The notes under the pieces are model-generated. The model did not search any database. It was given only the letters and a program-made list of their open reading frames with translations, and was not told where the DNA came from. Of a DNA stretch of 64,000 nucleotides, positions 38,554 to 48,526 are shown in pieces (position 1 is the stretch's first letter; each line of letters begins with the position of its first letter). Position numbers and translations under genes: made by a program. This DNA is from an uncultured Candidatus Binatia bacterium (GTDB lineage Bacteria; Desulfobacterota; Binatia; UBA9968; CAXXLF01): NCBI GenBank assembly GCA_965218425.1, contig OZ244621.1, positions 3,104,001 to 3,168,000 on the forward strand, given 5' to 3'.

Positions 38554-39489
38554 TCAATTGCCGTTGAGCTCGTTGTATATGAGCGTGACAAGTTTTTCCT
38601 TGGTGAAGAAACGGGTCTTCCCCCATCGAGCGTCGTAATTGGCAGTGGGTTTGGCGGCAAGGGTCTCTTCGAGAGATTTGCCGTTATGGATGAGCCCTTG
38701 AACCCCGTTGCCAATAGCCACCAGCATGTCTCGATAAGCCATCATTACCTGTTTGTTAGACACAACGCCGTGGCCTGGAATGACCTTGGTGTTCGAGTCA
38801 GCGAGTCCAATCGAGAAATTCATCGCCTCTACCATTCCTTTGAATGTTCCCCCATGGGCTTTGTCGATGAACGGGTAGCTGGTGGTTCGGAAAACGTCTC
38901 CCATGTGAATCACATTGGAGCCTTTGAAGTGAACAATGCTATCCCCGTCCGTATGGGCATTGGGCACCTTGAGTACCTGTACTTCTTCACCCTTGAGGTG
39001 AAAAGTAACGGTGTCATTAAAGGTAATCAGAGGTAGGGCCTCCCTGGGTTTCCCGGAATCCCTTTGACCCGTGCGGCGGTTGATCAGGCCTTCCTCCAGC
39101 CGGCCACGAACCGTATCGTGGGAAAATATCAGCGTGCCCATTTTGCCGAAATTCTCGTTGCCACCGGTGTGGTCGCCGTGGATATGGGTATTGATGAGAA
39201 AACGGATGTCCTTGTCTGAAAGCTTGCGTATGGCAGCAACGATCTTTTTTGTGAGGGGAGCGAATTGATCGTCAACGAGGAAAACGCCTTCCTCGCCGAT
39301 GGAGGCACCGATGTTCCCGCCCCTGCCTTGGAGCATGTGGACGGTACCCGCCACCGGACGGGTTTTTATTTCTACATCGTCAAAGTTCCGGCGGCGTTGA
39401 CCCTGGGATTCGGTGGCAAGGCCAAACAGCACCAGCCAGGTAAAAAGGACTGTGAAAGAGGACACACGCAACGGGAAGGTAAAAGACAT
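38554..39489 (-). CDS. Exported MBL-fold metallo-hydrolase (cyclase-like)
   Basis: Signal peptide; GRGGNIG, THIHGDHTGGN, AHTDGD, HMGD, IPGHG. Confidence 0.88.
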   Translation of the reverse strand: MSFTFPLRVSSFTVLFTWLVLFGLATESQGQRRRNFDDVEIKTRPVAGTVHMLQGRGGNIGASIGEEGVFLVDDQFAPLTKKIVAAIRKLSDKDIRFLINTHIHGDHTGGNENFGKMGTLIFSHDTVRGRLEEGLINRRTGQRDSGKPREALPLITFNDTVTFHLKGEEVQVLKVPNAHTDGDSIVHFKGSNVIHMGDVFRTTSYPFIDKAHGGTFKGMVEAMNFSIGLADSNTKVIPGHGVVSNKQVMMAYRDMLVAIGNGVQGLIHNGKSLEETLAAKPTANYDARWGKTRFFTKEKLVTLIYNELNGN

Positions 39490-39741
39490 TTGATTCCTCC
39501 AGAATGATCGAAAATTATTGAAGTTCGAGTCAAATGGTGATTTGAATCCACGTCATTAGCATTAGACAGGGAAAGGTTCCTCTTCTTTGAGCTTGGCGAA
39601 TGAATAGGATGGCTGGAAAGATGAGGTGAAATCCGCGCCGCCGTTTTTTCCGTTTGGGGTGCTTCTCTTTGCATTTGCTTAGAAATTAAGCTAGGTTAGG
39701 GCGTCTGGCGCGTTCTTTTATGAAAAGGATTTGGCGCCCAT

Positions 39742-40830
39742 GTGAGGTTTTCATTGGCACGTACAGAGTCGGTGGATGGGCTCAGAAAAAAAATAGACCA
39801 AGTCGATGCAAAGATCCTAAAGCTTCTCAACCAAAGGGCCGGCCTTGCCCAGAAAATTGGGCACGCAAAGAGTGTCGGGAATGATGAGATCTATGCCCCC
39901 AGTCGTGAAAAGGCAATCTTTCAAAGAATCACCAGCCTAAATCAAGGACCGTTACCTGAGCAAGCGGTCCGTTCCATTTACAGGGAAATTCTTTCCGCCT
40001 CTCGATCCCTTGAGGCTTCAATTCGGGTGGCCTACCTTGGTCCGGAGGCGACCTTCACCCATATGGCCGCAAGAGAGCGGTTCGGTCTATCCAGCGCCTT
40101 TCTCCCCGCAGCGAGTATCAGTGATGTCTTCCACGAGGTAAGCCAAGGGAGAGCCGACTACGGCGTGGTGCCCATCGAAAACTCCACAGAAGGCGTGGTT
40201 ACCCATACGCTGGATATGTTGGTAGAAGCGGACGTTAAAATTAGCGCCGAGGTATCCCTTGAGATTCACCAATGCCTGATGTCAAAGTCCGGCGATGGTG
40301 ACCAGATCCGGCGTATCGTGTCCCATTCCCAGGCCCTGGCTCAGTGCCGTCGATGGCTGTTAAGCCATTTCCCTCATCTATCCGCTAGCGACGTGACGAG
40401 CACTGCACAGGCGGCACAGATGGCAGCCGAGGACCCATCCCTGGGGGCCATTGCCAGCGCCCTAGCCGGTGAGATCTATGGATTACGGGTGGTGGAAGAA
40501 AATATTGAAGATCAGGTAAATAATGTGACTCGTTTCTTTGTCATTGGAAATCACCCCTCCCGACCCAGCGGTGACGATAAGACCTCCGTCGTATTTTCGG
40601 TCAAGGATGAGGTGGGGATACTCCACCGAATGTTGGAACCTTTCGCCAAGAACAAGGTTAACTTAACCAAGATCGAGTCTCGCCCTTTAAAGAATAAAAC
40701 TTGGGAGTATCTTTTTTTTCTAGATTTTAACGGGCACAGGGATGAGCCAAAGATCCGCAAGGCACTGAAGCAACTCGAGGAGAGGTGTGTTTTTGTAAAG
40801 GTTCTTGGATCCTATCCTTACGGGTTATGA
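39742..40830 (+). CDS. pheA: Chorismate mutase/prephenate dehydratase
   Basis: LRKKIDQVD (AroQ domain), YLGPEATFT, PIENSTEG, TRF, KIESRP. Confidence 0.95.
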   Translation: MRFSLARTESVDGLRKKIDQVDAKILKLLNQRAGLAQKIGHAKSVGNDEIYAPSREKAIFQRITSLNQGPLPEQAVRSIYREILSASRSLEASIRVAYLGPEATFTHMAARERFGLSSAFLPAASISDVFHEVSQGRADYGVVPIENSTEGVVTHTLDMLVEADVKISAEVSLEIHQCLMSKSGDGDQIRRIVSHSQALAQCRRWLLSHFPHLSASDVTSTAQAAQMAAEDPSLGAIASALAGEIYGLRVVEENIEDQVNNVTRFFVIGNHPSRPSGDDKTSVVFSVKDEVGILHRMLEPFAKNKVNLTKIESRPLKNKTWEYLFFLDFNGHRDEPKIRKALKQLEERCVFVKVLGSYPYGL

Positions 40831-41936
40831 ACATTACCGATAAAGTTCCAGGCTATGTCCGCAACCTGATCCCGTACAATCCCGGCAAGCCCATAGAAGA
40901 GGTGGAAAGGGAATACGGTATAGAGGGTTGCGTCAAATTGGCATCCAATGAAAACCCCCTGGGTCCGTCCCCCAAGGCCTTGAAAGCCTTGGCCGGGCGG
41001 TTGACTGAGCTCAACCTTTATCCGGATGGCGACTGCTTTAACTTGAAACGAGGACTGGCGGCGAAGTTAAACGTTGCGGACACCCAATTAATCTTTGGCA
41101 ATGGTTCAAACGAGATCATCGAGTTGGCCGTGCGGACCTTCATGGGTCCGGGGAGTGAAGCGATCATGGATCAATTTGCCTTCTCCATCTTTCGCCTGGT
41201 GGTGCAGGCTGCGGGGGGGCAGAGCAAGGTTGTTCCGTCAAAGAATTTTACTGTTGATCTCGAGGCCATGTCCCGTGCGGTAACGCCAAAAACTCGAATC
41301 ATGTTTTTGGCCAATCCCAACAATCCAACCGGTACGATCTACCGTAAAGGCGAATGGGAAAAGTTTCTAGAAGGGATGGAGCGCGAAATTCTACTGGTTG
41401 TGGATGAGGCCTATTTTGAATACGTCAAGGAGGCCGACTATCCCGACTCCCTGTCCTATGGCAGCGAGAAGCGGTCCATTTTAACCTTGCGTACCTTTTC
41501 CAAGATATATGGTCTTGCGGGCCTGAGGATTGGTTACGGGGTGGGAACGGAGGAGATCATCGGTCTTATGCACCGGGTCCGGCAACCCTTTAACGTCAAC
41601 GCTGTGGCCCAGTGGGCCGCATTGGCGGCTCTGGAGGACCATGAATACATTAAGCGGACGCTGGCCGTTACCCAGGAGGGAATGCGGTACTTGAGCAATG
41701 AAATAAAAAACTTAGGACTAGAGCAAGTGCCCAGCTATGCGAATTTTATTCTCGTTCGTGTGGGAAGCGGGCAGAATTGCTTCCAACAGCTTTTGCGGCG
41801 CGGGGTCATCGTGCGGCCCATGGATGGGTATGATTTGCCAGAATACGTTCGTGTGACCGTTGGCTCCATGGAAGAGAATAGACGGTTTATACAGGAGCTC
41901 GGGTCGATTGTTGGATCCACGGGGAGTTCTAAATAG
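40827..41936 (+). CDS. hisC: Histidinol-phosphate/aromatic aminotransferase
   Basis: KLASNENP, NPNNPTG, DEAY, RTFSKIYGLAGLRIGY; ATGA overlap with the pheA stop. Confidence 0.93.
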   Translation: MNITDKVPGYVRNLIPYNPGKPIEEVEREYGIEGCVKLASNENPLGPSPKALKALAGRLTELNLYPDGDCFNLKRGLAAKLNVADTQLIFGNGSNEIIELAVRTFMGPGSEAIMDQFAFSIFRLVVQAAGGQSKVVPSKNFTVDLEAMSRAVTPKTRIMFLANPNNPTGTIYRKGEWEKFLEGMEREILLVVDEAYFEYVKEADYPDSLSYGSEKRSILTLRTFSKIYGLAGLRIGYGVGTEEIIGLMHRVRQPFNVNAVAQWAALAALEDHEYIKRTLAVTQEGMRYLSNEIKNLGLEQVPSYANFILVRVGSGQNCFQQLLRRGVIVRPMDGYDLPEYVRVTVGSMEENRRFIQELGSIVGSTGSSK

Positions 41937-41941
41937 GGACT

Positions 41942-42100
41942 ATGATTGTTCCCCTGATACCCGAGCTGATCCAGGAAAAGGTTCATTATCGACCAAGGAT
42001 GTCCTTGAGTGATGGAACCCGGTTGCTAAAGCCGCAGACGGTCAAAGCCCGCATGAAGGACCTCAGAAAAGTCGCCAAAGCAGTGGGGGGGGAAGTTTAG
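41942..42100 (+). pseudogene. aroF: Internally deleted DAHP synthase (aroF, type I-beta) relic, 52 aa
   Basis: MIVPLIPELIQEK-VHYRPRMSLSDGTRLLKPQTVKARMKDLRKVAKAVGGEV* resembles the N- and C-termini of AroF; syntenic position between hisC and tyrA. Confidence 0.7.
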
Positions 42101-42963
42101 TGCCTTTTATGTTTCGGCGCATGGTAGTTGCGGGTGTAGGGCTCACGGGAGGGTCTCTGGCGTTGGCGGCTCGAAAATTTGGACTGGTGGATGAAATAGT
42201 AGGGTATGGGCGTGGGGAAAAGAACTTACGTCTGGCTCGAAGGAAGGGAGTGATTGACCGTTATTTCATGGATGAAGGTAAGTTCCCTAAGGGAGTCGAT
42301 CTGTTGATTTTGGCCACTCCAGTACAATCCTTGGCCCCACTCGCTAAATCCTTTCTGCCCGGGCTTGGGCCAGGTTGCTTGGTGAGTGATGTGGGGAGCG
42401 TCAAAGGGAGTGTTGTGCGTCAGGTGGAGCGCGTGCTAGGCAAACGGGCTTCCTTTGTGGGGGCTCATCCCATCGCTGGAGGGGAAAAATGGGGAGCCCA
42501 AGCTGCGAAGCCGGATCTTTTCATAGGACACCGTTGTATCCTTACTCCCACACGGCATACCGATCCAAAGGCCCTTAAAAAATTGACCCTGTTTTGGCGT
42601 CGGCTGGGATCAAAGGTAGAACTCCTGGACCCGAGCGTTCATGATCGGATTCTGGCATTGGTGAGCCACCTTCCCCATGTCTTGGTCTACTCATTGGTCA
42701 ATAGCCTACGTGATGCAAGGGTGGATTCATTGGATCTGAAGGAGTACTGTGCCGGCGGATTCAAGGATTTTACCCGTATCGCCTCCAGCCGTCCTGAAAT
42801 ATGGCGCGATATATGTCTGGTTAATCCGCGGGCCATTACCAAAGGAATTTCCGATTACGTGACGCGACTGGAAAAGATCAAAGGATGGGTCCGGGATGGA
42901 AGAGGGGATTTGCTGGAAAAAGAATTCCAGAGGGCCAACGAATTTCGAGGAGCCATCCCGTAG
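42100..42963 (+). CDS. tyrA: Prephenate/arogenate dehydrogenase
   Basis: GVGLTGGS, DVGSVK, HPIAG, HD...SHLPH, GFKDFTRIA. Confidence 0.93.
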   Translation: MPFMFRRMVVAGVGLTGGSLALAARKFGLVDEIVGYGRGEKNLRLARRKGVIDRYFMDEGKFPKGVDLLILATPVQSLAPLAKSFLPGLGPGCLVSDVGSVKGSVVRQVERVLGKRASFVGAHPIAGGEKWGAQAAKPDLFIGHRCILTPTRHTDPKALKKLTLFWRRLGSKVELLDPSVHDRILALVSHLPHVLVYSLVNSLRDARVDSLDLKEYCAGGFKDFTRIASSRPEIWRDICLVNPRAITKGISDYVTRLEKIKGWVRDGRGDLLEKEFQRANEFRGAIP

Positions 42964-42971
42964 CATCGAAG

Positions 42972-44252
42972 ATGAATAAAATCCAGGAAAGCTCCCAGCC
43001 ACTGAAGGGTGAATTGAGTGTCCCCGGGGATAAATCCATTGCCCATCGGGCCGTAATTTTTTCATGTATTTCCGAAGGAGAAAGCCGCATATTCAACCTT
43101 TCCGGTGGGGAGGACAATTCTCGAACCGCAAAGGCTTTCAAGGATCTAGGGGTAAAGATATGGAGTGAAGGAGAGGCTCTCTTTGTTCACGGAAAAGGCT
43201 GGAATGGTCTTTCAGCCCCTCACCACACCATTGACTGTGGTAATTCCGGTACCACCATGCGGCTCCTTGCCGGTGTTTTGGCAGGTCGACCCTTCACCAC
43301 CATATTGGACGGAGATGCGTCCCTTAGGACGAGGCCCATGCAGCGAATCATAGAACCACTCGGTCAGATGGGCGCTCAGATATTGAGTCGGAAAGGTAAA
43401 GGCCTCGCCCCCCTTGAGATTCGGGGAGGGCAGATGCAAGGGATCAGCTATGGGACTCCCATCCCCAGCGCTCAGGTCAAATCGGCAATACTACTGGCAG
43501 GGCTTCAGGCCCATGGCCTGACGGTGGTCAAGGAGACACAACGATCCCGAGATCATACGGAGATTATGGCTCGGGCCTTTGGGGCGGAGCTCAAGGTGGA
43601 TGGATGTTCCGTCTCCCTCAATGGCCCTCAGAAGCTTTCCCATCGGGAAGTCAGGATTCCCGGCGATCTCTCCTCTGCGGCTTTTTTTATGGTCGCAGCC
43701 GCTGCCATCCCTGGTTCTAATATAGTGATTAGGGGGGTTGGGTGTAACACCACGCGGAGCGGCGTGATTGACGTTCTTAGATCCATGGGTGCTTCCGTGG
43801 AATTGATTTGTCCGCGAGAGGAATCGGGTGAGGCGGTGGCGGATTTAAGGGTCGTGGGGGGGCAGCTTAAGGCTGTTCAAGTGGGTGATGAGATGGCGGC
43901 TCGAACCATCGACGAGTATCCGATCCTTGCGGTGGCCGCCGCATTGGCTGACGGCGTGACCACGTTTTCTGGGGTAAAGGAGCTCCGGTATAAGGAATCT
44001 GATCGTATTGCCACCATGACACGGGAGTTGCGTAAGCTGGGTGTGGATGTTGAAGAGCGTGACGATGGCATGAGTATCAAAGGGAGGGGGAAGCTTCGAG
44101 GGGCCCGCCTGGAGAGTTATGGGGATCATAGGGTGGCCATGGCCTTGGCCGTTGCAGGTCTTGTTTCGGAAGGGGGAGTAGAAGTTGAGAATAGTGCTTG
44201 TGTGGACATCTCTTTCCCTGGGTTTTTTGATCTATTGGGGAGTCTCCAATAA
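42972..44252 (+). CDS. aroA: EPSP synthase
   Basis: PGDKSIAHRA, GNSGTTMRL, SAQVKSA, KESDR, DHRVAM. Confidence 0.97.
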   Translation: MNKIQESSQPLKGELSVPGDKSIAHRAVIFSCISEGESRIFNLSGGEDNSRTAKAFKDLGVKIWSEGEALFVHGKGWNGLSAPHHTIDCGNSGTTMRLLAGVLAGRPFTTILDGDASLRTRPMQRIIEPLGQMGAQILSRKGKGLAPLEIRGGQMQGISYGTPIPSAQVKSAILLAGLQAHGLTVVKETQRSRDHTEIMARAFGAELKVDGCSVSLNGPQKLSHREVRIPGDLSSAAFFMVAAAAIPGSNIVIRGVGCNTTRSGVIDVLRSMGASVELICPREESGEAVADLRVVGGQLKAVQVGDEMAARTIDEYPILAVAAALADGVTTFSGVKELRYKESDRIATMTRELRKLGVDVEERDDGMSIKGRGKLRGARLESYGDHRVAMALAVAGLVSEGGVEVENSACVDISFPGFFDLLGSLQ

Positions 44253-44278
44253 AGGAAGGATGCAACCATGAAAGGTTT

Positions 44279-44974
44279 ATGCCCACTAACAGCAAAGACC
44301 GATTAATTGTCGCCATTGATGGCCCTTCCGGTGCCGGGAAAAGCACCGTAGCCAGGCGATTGGCTCATGAGTTGGGGTACCTTTACTTGGACACCGGAGC
44401 CATGTATCGTGCAGTTGCATTGAGCGTCGTGGAGGCAAGGATTGATCCGTCTGACGAAAAGAAACTGAGAAAAATCCTTGAAGATATAAGGGTTAAGCTG
44501 ATAGAGGAAAGTAATGGGATAAAACTCCTCCTCAATGGGCGGGATGTAACCGAAGAGATTCGCACGCCAGAAATGAGTCTCATGGCCTCTAAAATCTCCG
44601 AGCTCCAAGCGGTTCGGGAGAGGATGGTGGAAATCCAAAGGACCATGGCCTCACAGAGGGGGCTCGTTGCAGAGGGAAGAGATATTGGAACCGTTGTATT
44701 CCCCGGGGCCGAGGTCAAAATCTACTTGGATGCATCGGAGCCAGAAAGGGCAAGGAGACGCTTTCAAGAGCTCTTGTCCCATGGTAAGCAGGTCACTTTG
44801 GAGGGTACCCTAAGGGAAATGCATGAGAGAGATCGACGGGACCAAGAGCGCGCCCTGTCTCCTCTGCGAAAAGCCGAGGGTGCAATGGTGGTAGACTCAA
44901 CGTCCTTGGAGGTGGATGCAGTGCTGGATGGGATTGTTAACGAAGTGAAACATAAAATGGCGCAAATTCAGTGA
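44279..44974 (+). CDS. cmk: Cytidylate kinase
   Basis: IDGPSGAGKST, DTGAMYR, EGRDIGTVVFP. Confidence 0.97.
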   Translation: MPTNSKDRLIVAIDGPSGAGKSTVARRLAHELGYLYLDTGAMYRAVALSVVEARIDPSDEKKLRKILEDIRVKLIEESNGIKLLLNGRDVTEEIRTPEMSLMASKISELQAVRERMVEIQRTMASQRGLVAEGRDIGTVVFPGAEVKIYLDASEPERARRRFQELLSHGKQVTLEGTLREMHERDRRDQERALSPLRKAEGAMVVDSTSLEVDAVLDGIVNEVKHKMAQIQ

Positions 44975-44993
44975 GAAGGGGAGATTAGTCTTT

Positions 44994-46715
44994 ATGGCCC
45001 AAGGCGAGGACGATTTTGGGACTCTATTTGAAGAAAGTATCCGGTCGGTAAAACCCGGGGGCATTGTTAAGGGAACCGTCGTGGGGATCACTCAATCCCA
45101 CGTGGTGGTGGATGTAGGCTACAAGACTGAGGGACAGATCCCGGTGAAAGAGTTCATGGACCGAACCGGGGAGTTGCAGGTTAAAGTTGGAGATGTGGTG
45201 GACGTGTTTTTCGATTCCCTGGAAGAGGACAATGGTGGAATTGTTCTTTCACGGGAACGAGCGGAAAACATCAAGGTGTGGGAGGATATCGAAAAGGCCT
45301 ATAACGAAGAGACTGCGGTGGAGGGAACTATACTAGCTAGGATCAAGGGGGGCTTCAAAGTGGACGTGGGAGTCATGGGGTTCCTCCCCGGTTCCCACGT
45401 GGACATTCGTCCTAATCGAAGCGTTGACCGGTTCATTGGAAAGAAAGACCACTTCCGCATTTTGAAATACAATCGCCCGAGAGGAAATGTGGTCCTTTCC
45501 CGTAAGCTCATGGTTGAAAAAGAGCGAGAGGTGCTCAAAAAAGATACCCTGAAAGTTTTAGAGGAAGGAGTCATCCTTGAAGGGACCGTTAAGAACATAA
45601 CCGGATATGGGGCATTTGTGGACGTAGGTGGGATCGATGGGATTTTACACATCACGGATATGTCTTGGCGAAGAATCAATCATCCGTCCGAGCTGGTCCA
45701 AGTGGGAGATCGGATCAAGGTGGTGGTGCTAAAGTTTGATCCGGAGCGCGAGCGAATCTCATTGGGCATGAAGCAGATCACGCCGGATCCGTGGAAATCC
45801 ATTGAGGAAAAATTTGTGGTGGGAGCCCGTGTTCAGGGTAAGGTGGTGGGGTTGACCGACTATGGTGCCTTTGTGGAACTCGAAGAGGGAATTGAGGGTT
45901 TGATCCATATATCAGAGATGTCTTGGGCTAAAAAGGTGGCCCATCCAATGAAGGTGGTCCAGGTGGGAGAGACGGTAGAAACCGTAATCCTCAACGTGGA
46001 CCCAAACCGGCGGCGCATTTCATTAGGATTGAAGCAAGTCATGCCGAATCCATGGGTATTGGCCAAGGAAAAATATCCCGTGGGAAGTATTGTGAAGGGG
46101 CCCGTTCGCAACATTACTGATTTCGGACTGTTCATTGGAGTAGAAGAGGAAATCGATGGCCTGGTCCATATCTCCGACCTCCATTGGACCAAGAAGGTTA
46201 AGCACCCGTCAGAGCTTTATAAAAAAGGGGACATGGTGGAGGCCAAGGTTTTGGGGATCGATGCGGAAAGTGAACGGTTCTCGCTGGGAATTAGGCAGGT
46301 TACCCCAGATCCTTGGGAACTTGCCGCACAGAACCACCCCGTGGGCTCCAAAATTGACGGGCCCGTTACCCGGGTTACCGACTTTGGAGTTTTTGTTCGT
46401 ATTGAGGAAGGGATGGAAGGGTTAATTCATGTTTCCCAATTGAGCTCTGAACGAGTGGAGAAACCTTCCAGTCTCTTCAAGGCAGGAGACCATGTCCAGG
46501 CGGAGGTGATCCATGTGGATGTCCATGAGAGGAGGGTCGGATTGAGCATCCGGGTCTTGGGCCAGACGGAAGAGCGAGAGGAAATGGAGGCATACTTGAA
46601 AAAGGAGAGGGATGCGGGGCGGTTTTCCTTTGAGACGATTTTGAACGAAGACTTGAAACTGGATAAGGAAGAAAGTGGACAGCCCGCGAATAAAGGGAAG
46701 GGTGGCAATCCATGA
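44994..46715 (+). CDS. rpsA: 30S ribosomal protein S1
   Basis: Six S1 repeats (YGAFV..G..GL.H.S..SW). Confidence 0.97.
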   Translation: MAQGEDDFGTLFEESIRSVKPGGIVKGTVVGITQSHVVVDVGYKTEGQIPVKEFMDRTGELQVKVGDVVDVFFDSLEEDNGGIVLSRERAENIKVWEDIEKAYNEETAVEGTILARIKGGFKVDVGVMGFLPGSHVDIRPNRSVDRFIGKKDHFRILKYNRPRGNVVLSRKLMVEKEREVLKKDTLKVLEEGVILEGTVKNITGYGAFVDVGGIDGILHITDMSWRRINHPSELVQVGDRIKVVVLKFDPERERISLGMKQITPDPWKSIEEKFVVGARVQGKVVGLTDYGAFVELEEGIEGLIHISEMSWAKKVAHPMKVVQVGETVETVILNVDPNRRRISLGLKQVMPNPWVLAKEKYPVGSIVKGPVRNITDFGLFIGVEEEIDGLVHISDLHWTKKVKHPSELYKKGDMVEAKVLGIDAESERFSLGIRQVTPDPWELAAQNHPVGSKIDGPVTRVTDFGVFVRIEEGMEGLIHVSQLSSERVEKPSSLFKAGDHVQAEVIHVDVHERRVGLSIRVLGQTEEREEMEAYLKKERDAGRFSFETILNEDLKLDKEESGQPANKGKGGNP

Positions 46716-47617
46716 CCACGTGGTTCTCCCTACGATCCGTATTCCGAGGGCATTCCCTGTTGCGGGGGGTGGGGATCCTTTTTATTGCGGTGCTGGTATT
46801 ATTTGTTTCGGTGTTTTTCTTTACCTATCTTACCGGCGGAGAGACGCGACTGCTCACCATGATCGGTGGGGACGGGGTGGGAGTGGTACTGCTGGAGGGG
46901 ACCATCGAGGAATCCCGTAACACCATTCAAAGTTTGAAAGAATTCGGGGACACCGAAAGAATCAAGGGAGTCGTGGTGCGAATCAATTCCCCTGGAGGAG
47001 GGGTGGTACCCACCCAGGAGATTTATGAGGAAATCGGAAAATTGAAAAAAAAGAAGCCCGTTTTTGCCTCCCTGGGTGGAATGGCAACCTCGGGAGGTTA
47101 CTATATCGCCAGCGCATGTCATCGCATCGTGGCCAATCCGGGCACTCTCACGGGTTCCATTGGGGTGATCATACAGCTGGCAAATGTGGAAGGCTTGATG
47201 CAGAAACTTGGTTTAGAGGGATACAATGTCAAAAGCGGACCTCACAAGGATATTGGATCCCCCCTGCGGCCCCTTTCTCCCGAAGGCGAGGCCATACTCC
47301 AATCCGTGGTGGACGATGTGCACGGGCAATTCGTACGTGCGGTGGCAAGTGGCAGGTCCATGGATGAGAGTAAGGTTCGTGAACTGGCGGACGGTAGAAT
47401 TTACTCAGGAGAGCAGGCGAGGGAATTGGGATTGGTAGACAGCCTGGGGAACATGGATGACGCCATTGATCTTGTGTCCAAACGTGCCGGGATCAAGGGT
47501 GTCCCTCAAGTCATCTATTCACGAGTCAGGGAAAAGAACTGGTGGGAAAGGTTACTTTTCTCGATGTTCTCTGAGCAGCTAGACATGGGAAGAAACTGGG
47601 GCCTACGGTATCAGTGA
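46712..47617 (+). CDS. sppA: Signal peptide peptidase SppA (36K type)
   Basis: RINSPGG, ATSGGYY, TGSIGV, KSGPHKD. Confidence 0.93.
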   Translation: MTTWFSLRSVFRGHSLLRGVGILFIAVLVLFVSVFFFTYLTGGETRLLTMIGGDGVGVVLLEGTIEESRNTIQSLKEFGDTERIKGVVVRINSPGGGVVPTQEIYEEIGKLKKKKPVFASLGGMATSGGYYIASACHRIVANPGTLTGSIGVIIQLANVEGLMQKLGLEGYNVKSGPHKDIGSPLRPLSPEGEAILQSVVDDVHGQFVRAVASGRSMDESKVRELADGRIYSGEQARELGLVDSLGNMDDAIDLVSKRAGIKGVPQVIYSRVREKNWWERLLFSMFSEQLDMGRNWGLRYQ

Positions 47618-47658
47618 TCCAGCGTTTAATAATTAAGTAATAATTGAGTGGAGGAGTC

Positions 47659-47964
47659 ATGACAAAACGAGAACTAATTGACGAGGTCAACGGGAGGTTC
47701 CCTCACCTTTCACGGTTTGATTCTGAGGTGATAATTAATTCCATATTTGATTCCATGGTGAACGCCATGGAGCAGGAGGAAAGGGTAGAGATACGAGGCT
47801 TTGGTAGCTTCGTGGTAAAGCACCGCAGAGCCCGTGAAGGAAGGAACCCTAAAACTGGAGCCATGGTATCAGTGTCGGCCAAGAGAGTGCCCTTTTTCAA
47901 GGTTGGCAAAGAGCTGAGGTTGCGCGTGAACAACGAAGTGTCGGGTCCTGGGGATTCTGAATGA
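47659..47964 (+). CDS. ihfB: Integration host factor beta subunit
   Basis: MTKRELI, RVEIRGFGSF, GRNPKTG, PFFKVGKELR; rpsA-sppA-ihfB synteny. Confidence 0.92.
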   Translation: MTKRELIDEVNGRFPHLSRFDSEVIINSIFDSMVNAMEQEERVEIRGFGSFVVKHRRAREGRNPKTGAMVSVSAKRVPFFKVGKELRLRVNNEVSGPGDSE

Positions 47965-48470
47965 AGCAACTCTGGGCACCCTGGAGGATGGCCTATATCG
48001 GTAGTCCGAAGGAGGCAGGGTGTGTTTTTTGTGATAAGCCGCAAGACGGGGATCTCCGTTCCAGTTTAGTCCTAGCACAGACTCCTCACTCCCTTGTTAT
48101 GTTAAATAAGTACCCCTACAGCAGTGGCCATCTCCTACTTGCCCCCAAACGCCATGCCAATCAACTCTCCTCGCTCCCATCGCAAGAGTATTGGGACCTC
48201 TCCCAGGCTTTTAAGGGGGCCGTGGATACCCTTTCCAAGGCCTTGAAGCCGGGAGGATTCAATTTGGGTATGAACCTGGGCCGGTGTGCGGGCGCGGGTG
48301 TTGAGGATCATCTCCATTGGCACGTGGTTCCTCGGTGGGAAGGAGATACCAATTTCATGCCGGTCATGGACGAGGTCCGTGTGATACCGCAACATCTCAT
48401 GGAAAGTTACGATCAGTTAAAACCGTTTTTCGTAGACTTTCTATTTATGGAAGAGAACTTAAGACAATAA
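47961..48470 (+). CDS. HIT family hydrolase
   Basis: LWAPWRM.YI, CVFC, NKYPY, HLHWHVVPRW. Confidence 0.93.
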   Translation: MKQLWAPWRMAYIGSPKEAGCVFCDKPQDGDLRSSLVLAQTPHSLVMLNKYPYSSGHLLLAPKRHANQLSSLPSQEYWDLSQAFKGAVDTLSKALKPGGFNLGMNLGRCAGAGVEDHLHWHVVPRWEGDTNFMPVMDEVRVIPQHLMESYDQLKPFFVDFLFMEENLRQ

Positions 48471-48526
48471 ACAGAAATGATGGATTCAAGACAATACCAT
48501 AATTGATTTTAAGGGAGGCATTGAAC

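Noticed and set aside
48080..48107. TTATGTTAAAT, identical to the XerD arm of dif
   Set aside because: It lies inside the HIT coding sequence (VMLN), and the XerC arm position (GACTCCTCACT) does not match.
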